The position numbers and the translations under genes were made by a program. A stretch of 64,000 nt of DNA from positions 82,557 through 146,556 of IMG/VR virus record IMGVR_UViG_3300007511_000004; one strand, 5' to 3'. Positions 37,104 to 46,898 of the stretch are shown one piece after another. Position 1 is the first letter of the stretch. Each line of letters starts with the position of its first letter. The notes under the pieces are model-generated. The model did not search any database. It saw nothing but the letters and a program-made list of their open reading frames with translations, and had not been told where the DNA came from. The DNA comes from a virus.

Positions 37104-37718
37104 ATGGACAGAGAAGAAATAGAAAAGATGCGGATCGCCTACCAAGAAGTTCAGGAAGGCAAAAAGAAAAAACTAGATCCCGTCGATAAAGATGAACTTA
37201 AAGGTGATCATGAGGATCGCGACGATAAAGATATCGATAATGATGGTGACACCGATGATGCGGATGAATATCTGCACAATCGGCGTAAGGCCATTAAGAA
37301 AGCTATAAAAAAAGAAGAAGTAGAGCTTGATGAAAAGATGTCTGAAGCCCAAAAGGAAAAGCGTGAAGAGATTGTAAAATCCCTAAAAGATAAAGAAGCC
37401 GAGTTCAAAGAAAAATACGGAGAGCGGTGGAAAGAAGTTATGTATGCTACCGCTACAAAAATGGCAATGAAGGAAGAGGTTATGGAAGAATCTAATCAGA
37501 ACCCAAATGCAGCGGATGCGGAAAAAATGGACGATCGTCTTACTGCATGTGATAAGAAATTCGCTGATGTCCATGGCGGAATTGATCCAAAAGTTCCGGC
37601 AGTAGATGGCTACAAGGCTGCAGAGGATACTGCAGACAATATCAAGAAGTCCAAGCCAAGCAAAGTGGCAGAAGCGAAAACGTTCCCTGAATTGATGAGA
37701 GCATTGATGGAGAAATAA
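37104..37718 (+). CDS. charged internal/prohead-core-like protein
   Basis: D.DIDNDGD.D..D.YL..RR.AI and YG....VMYATATK.A motifs; several xxE sites. Confidence 0.55.
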   Translation: MDREEIEKMRIAYQEVQEGKKKKLDPVDKDELKGDHEDRDDKDIDNDGDTDDADEYLHNRRKAIKKAIKKEEVELDEKMSEAQKEKREEIVKSLKDKEAEFKEKYGERWKEVMYATATKMAMKEEVMEESNQNPNAADAEKMDDRLTACDKKFADVHGGIDPKVPAVDGYKAAEDTADNIKKSKPSKVAEAKTFPELMRALMEK

Positions 37719-37719
37719 T

Positions 37720-37983
37720 ATGATTGTGAGACCTAGTTGGGCCGCAGGAGCTGTTCCAACCGCTCGAGGTTGGATGAAGGGTAATGAACTACTTAAGGCA
37801 ATTAAGTTTACCCAAGCTCAGATTGATGAGTGGCATGCTGCACAAAATCCAGTTAAGCCTGTAGAAGCTCTGACCAAGAAAGAGCTAGATGAATACGCGC
37901 TTACAAAGGGGGTTGTTCTGGATCGCCGTCAAGGCAAACAGAAGATGGTGAAAAGTTTCCTTAGTAAGCTTTCAGCAAGATAA
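37720..37983 (+). CDS. hypothetical protein
   Basis: ORF in operon. Confidence 0.6.
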   Translation: MIVRPSWAAGAVPTARGWMKGNELLKAIKFTQAQIDEWHAAQNPVKPVEALTKKELDEYALTKGVVLDRRQGKQKMVKSFLSKLSAR

Positions 37984-37990
37984 AACTGAA

Positions 37991-38356
37991 ATGAAATTTG
38001 AAGAGCTTAATGATGAGAACTTTCTGTTATTTGCCGCGGCTCATTTTTACGATCCCCGATGTAGTGAGGTAGAAGATTTTTACGAAGATCTTCATAGAAT
38101 CAAATACATCAAAAGATTGATCAATAGATACTATGAGAACGGCAGAATATCTGAGAGGCTCCTATTAAACCATATTATCATTTTTACAAATTCGTTTACG
38201 GTTCCGGCTACCCTACGAATTTTCGAATATAAGATCGAAAAAGATTTTTGGCCTGTTTTAAAACCATTTTTAATATACCTTAAACATATCCATGAGGATG
38301 ATTATCCTGATATAGAATCGGAGATCCTTGTGATGGAAGCATTGGAAAGAATATAA
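37991..38356 (+). CDS. conserved T4-like hypothetical protein
   Basis: NF.LFAA..Y..P.C....EF..DL.R.KYIKRL, ERL.LNH. Confidence 0.7.
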   Translation: MKFEELNDENFLLFAAAHFYDPRCSEVEDFYEDLHRIKYIKRLINRYYENGRISERLLLNHIIIFTNSFTVPATLRIFEYKIEKDFWPVLKPFLIYLKHIHEDDYPDIESEILVMEALERI

Positions 38357-38943
38357 TGAGTATTGGAACGAGAGCGGCAGATCTAGCCTATACCTTTAGA
38401 TTCCTTAAGATCCTCACTACTCCGTGGGAAGAAACTAGTGCGTATAAGCTAGGTATTATCGATGATAAGGGTAAAAGGAATAAATCCCAGAAATTGGATA
38501 CAAGTAAACATAAGAGTGCGTATACGACGTTCTTACGGCTTGTATATAATATCAAACGATTGATTCAGAAAGTTCCGGGCGCAGGGGGCAAGCTCGGTAA
38601 TCTAGCTGCAGGTCTATGGCTAATTAAAGAAAACTTCAATATGAGTGATAAAGCTTTAGAGAAGATGTTGAGTGAAATGGGCGTAGACCCCTTGGATCTT
38701 TTGCAGGAAGAATCTCAGTGGTTCCTCCTGGAAGATAAAAGAATCTCGCCGGGCGTATATAGGGTTTCCTCGGATAAGATTGTTAATAGTACTTATGAGG
38801 AAGTTGTCAGAGCTAAAGACCCTATCCGGATCAGCGAAAAGTGCTACCCAATCGGCGAAGTCCTTGGATTGGATATCTATAAGGCAACACATATCCGCTC
38901 TAATCAGGAGATATATATTACTGCATCGGAGTTAATTAAATGA
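38356..38943 (+). CDS. conserved T4-like hypothetical protein
   Basis: D..Y.FRFLK.LT.PW....AY.LGIID..G. Confidence 0.7.
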   Translation: MSIGTRAADLAYTFRFLKILTTPWEETSAYKLGIIDDKGKRNKSQKLDTSKHKSAYTTFLRLVYNIKRLIQKVPGAGGKLGNLAAGLWLIKENFNMSDKALEKMLSEMGVDPLDLLQEESQWFLLEDKRISPGVYRVSSDKIVNSTYEEVVRAKDPIRISEKCYPIGEVLGLDIYKATHIRSNQEIYITASELIK

Positions 38944-39194
38944 AAAAGAAGAAGAAAATCCCAGAATGGGGAACGCCCGAAGCAACTAAGAAAGCTCGAG
39001 ATATGGTACCGGGACAGGAAGATATGGATATTGTTGAAGATGGTATGACTTCTGCAGATGCCGGTATACCCCATGATACTAAAGACATGGGACCGAGGTT
39101 GAAATTAATTAATGTAACCGATCGTAGAAGGAAGAAGGATAAGCCTCCGGTTCTTCTAAAAAGGTTTAGGAAATTCGTGGATTCAGATGCTTAG
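38940..39194 (+). CDS. hypothetical protein
   Basis: EWGT motif, ORF in operon. Confidence 0.55.
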   Translation: MKKKKKIPEWGTPEATKKARDMVPGQEDMDIVEDGMTSADAGIPHDTKDMGPRLKLINVTDRRRKKDKPPVLLKRFRKFVDSDA

Positions 39195-39696
39195 ATTATA
39201 TCTTTTAGTATTCATAATTATGACCGTGGGTGGGGTAGGATTTACTGCGTATTCTTATTACCAGAATACTCAAGAGACTATCCGCATTCTAAGAGAAAAT
39301 GAAGTAAAATTAAAAGCTGCAGTAGAGACCCAAGAGGAAGCAATTGCGTCACTGCAGTCTGATTATCAATCCATTATGGAAGAGAATAATCGGATCAATG
39401 AGGCGTACGCTGATATTCGAAGACAGAATAGTAGATTATCAAGTAAGCTAGCCGGAATGGACTTAGGACTGATTGCTGCAGAAAAGCCTGATAGTATCGA
39501 ACGTGCAGTTAATCGAGGAACAGTTAATGCTGGAAGATGCTTTGAACTGTTATCAGGTGCAGAATTAAGCGAGGAAGAAATTAATGCAACAAGTGATACC
39601 GACTTTAACAAAGAGTGCCCTTGGTTGTGGCCTGGTCCTCCTACTGACGGCGTGCGGGATGACGAATCAACCCCCACAGGAGATAACAGTCAGTAG
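39187..39696 (+). CDS. i-spanin (Rz-like)
   Basis: N-terminal TM plus periplasmic coiled coil, two C-terminal Cys; overlaps a lipoprotein gene. Confidence 0.7.
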   Translation: MLRLYLLVFIIMTVGGVGFTAYSYYQNTQETIRILRENEVKLKAAVETQEEAIASLQSDYQSIMEENNRINEAYADIRRQNSRLSSKLAGMDLGLIAAEKPDSIERAVNRGTVNAGRCFELLSGAELSEEEINATSDTDFNKECPWLWPGPPTDGVRDDESTPTGDNSQ

Positions 39697-39973
39697 TGCA
39701 CCTATTGACCGACCTGAATTAGTTCTCCCACCCGTAGATGAGTTGAATATGAGATTGGTCGAGTGGGTTATCGTCAATGAGGAGAATCTGGAAGAGAAGG
39801 TTGCCGAACTGACCTCTGCAGGCCAACCTCTTGCTATGTTTGTTCTTACTGGTGATGGGTATTCTAATCTAGGTTTAAACTTCAGTGATATACGTGCATT
39901 AGTGCAGCAACAGCAGGAAATCATTCTGGCCTATGAAAGATACTACAAAGAGACCGAAGAGGACCTTGAGTAG
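39584..39973 (+). CDS. o-spanin (Rz1-like lipoprotein)
   Basis: lipobox LLTAC, Pro-rich segment; overlaps the i-spanin 3' end. Confidence 0.7.
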   Translation: MQQVIPTLTKSALGCGLVLLLTACGMTNQPPQEITVSSAPIDRPELVLPPVDELNMRLVEWVIVNEENLEEKVAELTSAGQPLAMFVLTGDGYSNLGLNFSDIRALVQQQQEIILAYERYYKETEEDLE

Positions 39974-40003
39974 TATTCTATCCCACCCAAAAGGGTCTTT
40001 TAT

Positions 40004-40037
40004 ATTATACCGGGATTTGCAAGATTTGTAAACCCCC
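40004..40037 (-). promoter_or_regulatory. antisense early-type promoter pointing into the spanin genes
   Basis: minus strand reads gggggTTTACA-17 nt-TATAAT. Confidence 0.75.
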
Positions 40038-40210
40038 TGTGACGAAAAGTTAAGAGATATTTTTTGAAATCTTCCCCAATATGATGTTTACAAGCTCTGA
40101 AATTTTATATATAATATCACTAATTAAAATTCAAACCACACAGTTCAATTGTCCGTAAACCCGTATCCTACGGCGTGAACCTATTTGTCCGTTAAGAAAG
40201 GTACTCCTCC

Positions 40211-42448
40211 ATGCTCAAAGCCCTCCCCTACTCCCAAGATAAGAATGCACGAAAGTTAATGTCAGAGACTAAATTTTACGAGGGGTACAGTAGGTGGAAC
40301 GAAGACGAAGATAGGTACGAGACTTGGGAGGAGGCTGTTGCTCGAGTAATGGATATGCACCGTGCTTTCTATGCTGATAAAATGAGTCCGGAACTAACTC
40401 GTTTAATAGATGAAGCAGAAGCTCTTTATAAACTACAGTACGCTTTAGGCGCACAGCGCGCGTTACAGTTTGGTGGTGAGCAACTTATTAAACATCAGAT
40501 GCGCATGTACAATTGTACGTCTTCGTATGCCGACCGAGCAAGGTTCTTTTCAGAAGTATTCTATATCCTCCTTTGTGGGGCAGGCGCAGGTTTTTCTGTG
40601 CAGAAACACCATGTAGCTAAAGTGCCGCAGATTGCAGAGCGTAAAAAGCAAGCTAAGGTTTGGGTAGTTGAAGACTCCATCGAAGGATGGGCTGATGCAC
40701 TGGGCGCATTAATGTCTTCCTATTTCGTTGGCGGTGGTCAATTCCCAGAAATGGAGGGACGAAAGGTTTATTTCGATCTTCAGAGCATTAGACCAAAAGG
40801 TGCTAAGATCTCAGGCGGATATAAGGCACCGGGACCAGATCCCCTTCGTCGAGCATTAGATAAGATTGAACATCTAATTCAAGGAATCGTACTAACCGGC
40901 CGGAATTATCTAAAGGCGATCGATGTTTATGATATTGTTATGTTTGCTGCAGATGCTGTTCTTTCTGGTGGGGTTCGTCGCAGTGCCACCATTTGTCTAT
41001 TCTCCCCCGATGATAAAGAAATGATTAATGCCAAGACCGGAAATTGGTTTGCTGACAATCCACAGCGGGGTAGATCTAATAACTCTGCAGTTATTGTTCG
41101 TGATGAAATCTCACGTGACCAATTTAAAGATATTATGAAGTCTGTTAAGGAATTTGGTGAGCCTGGCTTCTATTTCGTAGAGGATAAAGATTTCACTACT
41201 AATCCCTGTGTTGAAATCGGCATGTACCCTCAGATCAAGGGGAAATCTGGATGGCAAGGCTGTAATCTAACTGAAATTAACGGGGGTAAGTGTACTACTA
41301 AAGAGGAATTCTACAAAGCATGCCGTGCTGGGGCAATCATGGGCACACTGCAGGCAGGTTATACAGACTTTAAATATCTGGATAAGACCACTAAAGATAT
41401 TTTCGATCGAGAAGCACTACTTGGGGTATCAGTTACTGGTTGGATGAATAATCCAGACGTATTGTTAGATGGAGATACCCAACAAGAAGGCGCCAAGATT
41501 GTAAAAGAGGTTAACGCTGAAGTAGCAGATCTAATTGGCATTAACCCGGCAGCTCGTACAACTTGTGTGAAGCCCTCAGGAAATGCATCTGTACTCTTAC
41601 AGACCTCATCGGGTATCCATGCAGAGCATTCCCCTCGATACCTTCGCCACGTCCAATTGAATAAAGAAACCGAAGTGGCACAATTGATCGCAAAGTCAAA
41701 TCCCTATATGATTGAAGAAGCCGTGGGCTCGTCGGGTAATACGGACTATGCTATTGCATTCCCAATTGTTGCCCAACCAGACTCAATCTATAAAGAGGAA
41801 CTATTCGGAACTAATCTTCTAGAAAAGGTACGTCTCGTTCAGCAAAATTGGGTAGAAGGTGGTACTAACCCTGAACTCTGTGCCGATAGTAGGATCCGCC
41901 ACAATGTGTCGAATACGGTTACTGTTCAAGAACATATGTGGCCACAAGTTGAAGATTACGTCTACGATAACCGCCATGATTTTGCCGGTATCAGTTTCCT
42001 ATCCGGCACCGGTGATAAAGACTATCCACAGGCGCCATTTACCTCTATTCCAACTGCATCAGAGATTGTTGAGACGTATGGCCGCGCAGCTCTATTTGCT
42101 TCGGGCTTGATTGTAGATTCCCCTAAATCTGGATTCAGAGATATTTGGGAAGCTTGTACAATTGCCAAACAGGATGAGGAGGATGAACAGCATATTGGAG
42201 AGATCTCCGATATCCATAAAGAGTGGATCCGCCGATATCGGAAGTTCGCAGATAATTACTTTAATGGTGATATTAAGCAGGCCGAATACTGTCTTAAAGA
42301 TGTATATCTACTCCATAAATGGACGAAGATCCAACAGAACTATACCCCCGTGGATTTCGTGACGCAGCTGACCGAAAAGAAATATACTGAGATTGATACC
42401 ATGGGCGCAATTGCGTGTCAGGGTGGTAGTTGTGAGATACAATTCTAA
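40211..42448 (+). CDS. nrdJ: ribonucleotide reductase, class II (B12-dependent, monomeric RTPR-like)
   Basis: YNC, GAG.GFS, GGVRRSA, NPCVEI, CNLTE, TCVKPSG, Y.QAPF, C-terminal ACQGGSCEI; no nrdB adjacent. Confidence 0.8.
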   Translation: MLKALPYSQDKNARKLMSETKFYEGYSRWNEDEDRYETWEEAVARVMDMHRAFYADKMSPELTRLIDEAEALYKLQYALGAQRALQFGGEQLIKHQMRMYNCTSSYADRARFFSEVFYILLCGAGAGFSVQKHHVAKVPQIAERKKQAKVWVVEDSIEGWADALGALMSSYFVGGGQFPEMEGRKVYFDLQSIRPKGAKISGGYKAPGPDPLRRALDKIEHLIQGIVLTGRNYLKAIDVYDIVMFAADAVLSGGVRRSATICLFSPDDKEMINAKTGNWFADNPQRGRSNNSAVIVRDEISRDQFKDIMKSVKEFGEPGFYFVEDKDFTTNPCVEIGMYPQIKGKSGWQGCNLTEINGGKCTTKEEFYKACRAGAIMGTLQAGYTDFKYLDKTTKDIFDREALLGVSVTGWMNNPDVLLDGDTQQEGAKIVKEVNAEVADLIGINPAARTTCVKPSGNASVLLQTSSGIHAEHSPRYLRHVQLNKETEVAQLIAKSNPYMIEEAVGSSGNTDYAIAFPIVAQPDSIYKEELFGTNLLEKVRLVQQNWVEGGTNPELCADSRIRHNVSNTVTVQEHMWPQVEDYVYDNRHDFAGISFLSGTGDKDYPQAPFTSIPTASEIVETYGRAALFASGLIVDSPKSGFRDIWEACTIAKQDEEDEQHIGEISDIHKEWIRRYRKFADNYFNGDIKQAEYCLKDVYLLHKWTKIQQNYTPVDFVTQLTEKKYTEIDTMGAIACQGGSCEIQF

Positions 42449-42495
42449 TCGCATAAATAACCTTCAAATCATCATAGTAAATTAAGGTCTCTACC

Positions 42496-42633
42496 ATGAA
42501 TAAAGAAGATATCCTATGCCCCCATTGCGAAGCAGAATTTTATATAGAAAGCGAGGAATCCGCGATTTACTGTATATGTTGTGGGGACGAGATTGGGGAT
42601 GATGAGGACGAGGATGTCTATTGGGAGGAATAG
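42496..42633 (+). CDS. 45-aa zinc-ribbon protein (not in ORF track)
   Basis: CPHC...CICCG plus acidic tail. Confidence 0.6.
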   Translation: MNKEDILCPHCEAEFYIESEESAIYCICCGDEIGDDEDEDVYWEE

Positions 42634-43077
42634 ATGTGGTATTATAATGATGAAGAGTATCATCCATCAGCCGAAGAATTAGATGGATGGATAGGATTCG
42701 TTTATGTTATTACCGATAAGAGCAATAACAAAAAGTATGTGGGAAAGAAACTATTCTGGTCGAAGAAGACCCTTCCACCACTCAAAGGTAAAACACGAAA
42801 AAGACGAAAAATCATTGAATCCGATTGGCAGAAATATTATGGATCGAGTGACCTTGTCAAACAACTCCTTGTCGAGCACGGGGAGTCTAACTTCCATCGA
42901 GAAATATTATACTTCTGCAAATCGAAAGGTGAGATGGGATACCTCGAATTAAGAGAACAAGTATTACGTAACGTTCTTTTGGATGACGATTATTATAATG
43001 GTATCGTTAACGCTAGAGTGCACCGGAACCACGTTAAAAGGGTGAAGGAGCTTTGGGAAGATGGAAAACTGGATTAA
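42634..43077 (+). CDS. GIY-YIG endonuclease (T4 endonuclease II-like)
   Basis: GFVYVIT......KYVGKK, YYGSS, F.REIL, YYN. Confidence 0.8.
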   Translation: MWYYNDEEYHPSAEELDGWIGFVYVITDKSNNKKYVGKKLFWSKKTLPPLKGKTRKRRKIIESDWQKYYGSSDLVKQLLVEHGESNFHREILYFCKSKGEMGYLELREQVLRNVLLDDDYYNGIVNARVHRNHVKRVKELWEDGKLD

Positions 43078-43096
43078 TCAAAATATTTTGAAATGG

Positions 43097-43143
43097 GGGA
43101 TTTACTATTGATCCCGGATTTGGTATAATAAACTATGATTAAA
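43097..43143 (+). promoter_or_regulatory. promoter for rnh (duplicated at 24523-24569)
   Basis: TTTACT-17-TATAAT. Confidence 0.8.
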
Positions 43144-43162
43144 AATGGAAAGCGAGTTTATA

Positions 43163-44020
43163 ATGTTGTTGCTTGATTTTAGTGGTATCTCTATTGCACC
43201 TGTTGCAATGGGGCACGTACATTCCGGCGATGAGAATCTGATCCGTCATATGATCCTCAATTCAATCCGCATGTATCGTCAGAAGTTTAAGGATAAGTAT
43301 GGGGAAATCGTCATTGTTGCTGATGGTGGCGGTAACTGGAGAAAAGAGGTTTACCCCGAATATAAGGGTAAACGGAGGTCTACCCGTGAGGCTTCTAAGA
43401 TTGATTGGGCGGAAGCTTTCCGCATTATCAATATGGTTATCCAAGAACTCAAGGATGAGTTTCCGTATAAGGTTATTCACCAGTGGGGATGTGAGGCAGA
43501 TGATTCTATTGCAGAATTGGTTCATTATACCCAGGAGTTTGGCAATTGGGAAGATGTGATGATCATCTCTGCTGATAAAGATTTCCGCCAATTGCAAGTC
43601 TTCGATAATGTTGACCAGTTTACCCCAATGTTTAAGAAGCTGATCAAAGAGGATAATCCTCGAGGATATCTTGCTGAACACATCCTCAAAGGCGACGACG
43701 GCGACGGCGTACCTAATGCCCTATCTGACGATGATACCTTTATGGTCGAAGGTAAGCGTCAAAATATCCTATCCAAGAAAAAGAAAGAAGCGCTCCTAGC
43801 CGATCCTAAGGCTTTAGGAGAACAGGTCTATCGCAATTACCAACGCAATAGGCAAATGATTGATCTAATTAATCCTTCTACCCCCGATCGTATCCGCAAA
43901 GAAATTATAAATAGCTTCGAGAGCCAAGATGAAGGAGATAAAAAGGGTAAGGTATTCCCGTATCTCATTAAAAATAATTGCCGGCTCTTGCTAGAGAATG
44001 TAAAGGAGTTCATTGATTAA
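43163..44020 (+). CDS. rnh: T4 RNase H (5'-3' exonuclease)
   Basis: NWRK..YP.YK..R, EADD, ISADKDF.QL, GD.GDGVPN. Confidence 0.93.
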   Translation: MLLLDFSGISIAPVAMGHVHSGDENLIRHMILNSIRMYRQKFKDKYGEIVIVADGGGNWRKEVYPEYKGKRRSTREASKIDWAEAFRIINMVIQELKDEFPYKVIHQWGCEADDSIAELVHYTQEFGNWEDVMIISADKDFRQLQVFDNVDQFTPMFKKLIKEDNPRGYLAEHILKGDDGDGVPNALSDDDTFMVEGKRQNILSKKKKEALLADPKALGEQVYRNYQRNRQMIDLINPSTPDRIRKEIINSFESQDEGDKKGKVFPYLIKNNCRLLLENVKEFID

Positions 44021-44438
44021 GATGAAATATGTATTTGAAGTGCTGGAAGATGTAGTAAAAGCGAAGACCCGACAGGATAAGATTCAGATTCTGAAAAAGA
44101 ATGAATCCTGGGCATTAAAAGATATCCTAAAGGGAACGCTTGATCCTAAGATTGAATGGGATCTTCCGGCGGGCACCCCGCCTTATACCGCATCCGACCC
44201 TCACAATGCCCCCTCGAATCTTCTCAAACGAAATAAGCAATTTAAGTACTTTGTTAAGGGGGGTCCAGCGCGTGATCTACCCAAATACAAACGTGAATCG
44301 ATATTCATCGGTCTTTTGGAAGCAATTCATCCAAAGGATGCTGAATTGGTAGTGTCTATGATTAATAAGCAGAAGCCCGGTAAAGGTATTACCGCTAAAC
44401 TTGTTAACGAGGCATTTCCTAACCTAGTGAGTTCTTGA
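44013..44438 (+). CDS. conserved T4-like hypothetical protein
   Basis: LP.G.PPY, KRE..FI.LLE.IHP.DA. Confidence 0.7.
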   Translation: MIKMKYVFEVLEDVVKAKTRQDKIQILKKNESWALKDILKGTLDPKIEWDLPAGTPPYTASDPHNAPSNLLKRNKQFKYFVKGGPARDLPKYKRESIFIGLLEAIHPKDAELVVSMINKQKPGKGITAKLVNEAFPNLVSS

Positions 44439-44697
44439 TTATGGAGTAAACCGAAACTAAAAAGGAGAATGCACATGGTAGCAGCTCAAATCGAAAGACT
44501 GGAATCCGACCTTAGAGAAATTAGGGACTTTGAAAAGGAACTTAAATCTGAAGGCAATTCTAATCTATCAGCAAAGGTCTCTTCGAAGAGGCAATACCTA
44601 CAGCAATATCTGGAAGAAGTTACAGCATAGGGGTTTACATGTTTTTGCCATTATGGTAAAATAATAAGGGTAGGGGAAGAGATTCTCCTACCCTTTT

Positions 44698-45108
44698 ATG
44701 CGGGAAATTATATTGGCTGGAAAGAAAAAGAGGGCAACCGCCCAGGAGCAAGAAACCTTATTCGAAGTAGTAGAACTAAAGGTTCTCGAGGAAATAGCAT
44801 ATGGTGACACTAAAAAAAGATTAGTGTCCTCCCCTTCCGGGAAATCATCATATATACAATTATGGTCAAGTCTGTCGAAGGAATGGAGAACCACCTCTCG
44901 GCACAATATAGAAGAAAACTGGTTAAAATGGAAAAAACATGCCGCAATATACCATGAAGAACAAAGAGACCGGGGAGACCCAAAACATGATTCTCAAAAT
45001 AAGCGAAAGAGAAGAGTGGCTAAAAAACAACCCGGGATGGATGCAAATCATAACAACCGCTCCAAGAATAGTAAGCGGACAAGGAAGTCTCCTGTCAAAA
45101 ACAAGTGA
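44698..45108 (+). CDS. hypothetical protein
   Basis: follows promoter at ~44633; 3' third overlaps the next gene. Confidence 0.45.
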   Translation: MREIILAGKKKRATAQEQETLFEVVELKVLEEIAYGDTKKRLVSSPSGKSSYIQLWSSLSKEWRTTSRHNIEENWLKWKKHAAIYHEEQRDRGDPKHDSQNKRKRRVAKKQPGMDANHNNRSKNSKRTRKSPVKNK

Positions 45109-45175
45109 TGGCTGGAAAGAAGTATTAGGCCGGGTGAAATCCGGGGCATCTAAAGAACATACAATTAAAGATTGA
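44939..45175 (+). CDS. FmdB-like small protein
   Basis: MP.Y...N..TGE, DGW.EVL. Confidence 0.6.
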   Translation: MPQYTMKNKETGETQNMILKISEREEWLKNNPGWMQIITTAPRIVSGQGSLLSKTSDGWKEVLGRVKSGASKEHTIKD

Positions 45176-45185
45176 TATACCTCGG

Positions 45186-45869
45186 ATGAAAAAAAGTAAT
45201 GCGGCGCACATTGTGCCCTGGGAAATTGATGAATTTACGCCAGTTACGGAGAACCAGGAGTTAGCTGTCAAAGGCTGGGAGAATGGTCATAACCTGGCTT
45301 TAGTTGGGAGTGCCGGTACGGGTAAAACCTATATGGCCTTAAATCTTGCGCTCAAAGAGCTTTTCGACAATCTCGATGTCTATAGAAGCATAATGATAGT
45401 TAGATCTGTTGTTCCGACTCGTGATGCAGGACACCTCCCCGGAGCCAAGGAAGAAAAAGAAGAACCATATCAATTACCATATCAGAATCTTTGCGATGAG
45501 ATCTTTGGCTATAGAGGCGCATATAATAAACTAATATCCGCTAATAAGGTTAGATTCGAAACTACTTCTTATATCCGCGGCGCTACATTTGATCAGACTA
45601 TCATCATCGTTGATGAGATGCAGAATATGAATTTCCATGAATTGGATTCGATTATTACTCGTATCGGGAATGATTGTAAGATCATATTCTGTGGCGATCA
45701 TAAGCAGTCTGATTTTAAATATGATGATGAAAAGGAGGGGATTATGAAATTCCTTTCGATCATCGAAACTATGAGATCTTTCCGGTTAGTTGAATTCGGA
45801 TGGATAGATATTGTTCGTTCAGATTTTGTAAGAGATTATATCATGACGAAGGAAATGTTAGATCTATAG
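45186..45869 (+). CDS. phoH: PhoH-family ATPase
   Basis: GSAGTGKT, G.LPG..EEK, RG.TF, DEMQN, TRIG, GD..QSD, DIVRS. Confidence 0.93.
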   Translation: MKKSNAAHIVPWEIDEFTPVTENQELAVKGWENGHNLALVGSAGTGKTYMALNLALKELFDNLDVYRSIMIVRSVVPTRDAGHLPGAKEEKEEPYQLPYQNLCDEIFGYRGAYNKLISANKVRFETTSYIRGATFDQTIIIVDEMQNMNFHELDSIITRIGNDCKIIFCGDHKQSDFKYDDEKEGIMKFLSIIETMRSFRLVEFGWIDIVRSDFVRDYIMTKEMLDL

Positions 45870-45879
45870 GAGAGGGTAG

Positions 45880-46134
45880 ATGGTTATAATCTATGGAGCG
45901 GAATGGTGTTCCTTTTGTAAAAAAGCAAAAGAGCTTTGTCAAGACTATGGAATAGGGTATGAATGGCGAAATGTGGATGACCCGGAATATAAAGAAGAGC
46001 TTAAGCTTAAACTTCCAGATGTTAAAACGATACCTCAAATATATTGGCATCATCGATACATCGGTGGATATCAGGAATTAGCAACTACAATTGAAGAAGA
46101 TAATATAGGTAATTACGGTCAAGGAACTTTCTAA
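45880..46134 (+). CDS. glutaredoxin
   Basis: CSFC, TIPQI, IGGY. Confidence 0.9.
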   Translation: MVIIYGAEWCSFCKKAKELCQDYGIGYEWRNVDDPEYKEELKLKLPDVKTIPQIYWHHRYIGGYQELATTIEEDNIGNYGQGTF

Positions 46135-46344
46135 TGACAAAATTCACTAGGTTCGATGTACGCAATAAGAAAAAGGGTAGACAGAAGAAAAAATCCCTAG
46201 AACGAGATAAGCGAATGGCTCCCGTTCCAGCGGCGAAGACCCGAGAGGAGAAACATTATAACCCGGCGTCCCAAATGAATACTGAAAGGGTGTTGCAAGA
46301 TGAAATGTAAGGACTATTTAAAAAATTCGAAAAAAATATAAAAA

Positions 46345-46392
46345 GGGGGTTTACAAATGAGTCGAAAAGGCTTATATTAGTAGTGTAACCAA
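46345..46392 (+). promoter_or_regulatory. repeated early promoter cassette
   Basis: gggggtttacaaatgagtcgaaaaggcttatattagtagtgtaaccaa. Confidence 0.88.
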
Positions 46393-46412
46393 AAGAGATA
46401 AAGGAATCGATC

Positions 46413-46724
46413 ATGCAGACCTCTACTGATTTCACGCCAAATCTTACTAAACTGGAACGCGAATATATGGACCTGATCGCATACTGCGAGATGAACACTT
46501 CTAACGGTTCGCGTCCTGAAAGTTACATCGAGGTTAACACCTATAATTGGGCCGATGAACGGGCAGCAGAACTGGGTATCAGTGAAAAAGCCCTTGGTGG
46601 TGTTATGGCTTCGCTGGCTCAGAAAGGTTTGATCGATTCGTACCCTGCTGGTCGCGACGATCCTGACGGGGGCGTCTGGTTTACCGAAGAGGGCTTCAAA
46701 GTCTGGGAGGTTGGTAATGAGTAA
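46413..46724 (+). CDS. hypothetical early protein, winged-helix-like
   Basis: A.ELGIS...LGGV.ASL..KGLI...V.FT.EG. Confidence 0.55.
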   Translation: MQTSTDFTPNLTKLEREYMDLIAYCEMNTSNGSRPESYIEVNTYNWADERAAELGISEKALGGVMASLAQKGLIDSYPAGRDDPDGGVWFTEEGFKVWEVGNE

Positions 46725-46898
46725 AAAAACATGTGACGCTTTCTTTTGCACTAAACGAATTCCTGCCAAATATAGATACTGTTATGATTGTGCCAAGGCA
46801 CGAGGCCATATAGGCGATAATGGAATAGGCATTTTTGGCTGGATTTCCATACTTGTAATTTTATGGGCAGTGTTTGGATGAATTGATGGAGATATATA

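Noticed and set aside
40211-42448. Class Ia NrdA, or an intein/intron in the RNR
   Set aside because: No adjacent nrdB and no C-terminal YY pair; motifs fit class II, and the frame is continuous with no intein blocks seen.
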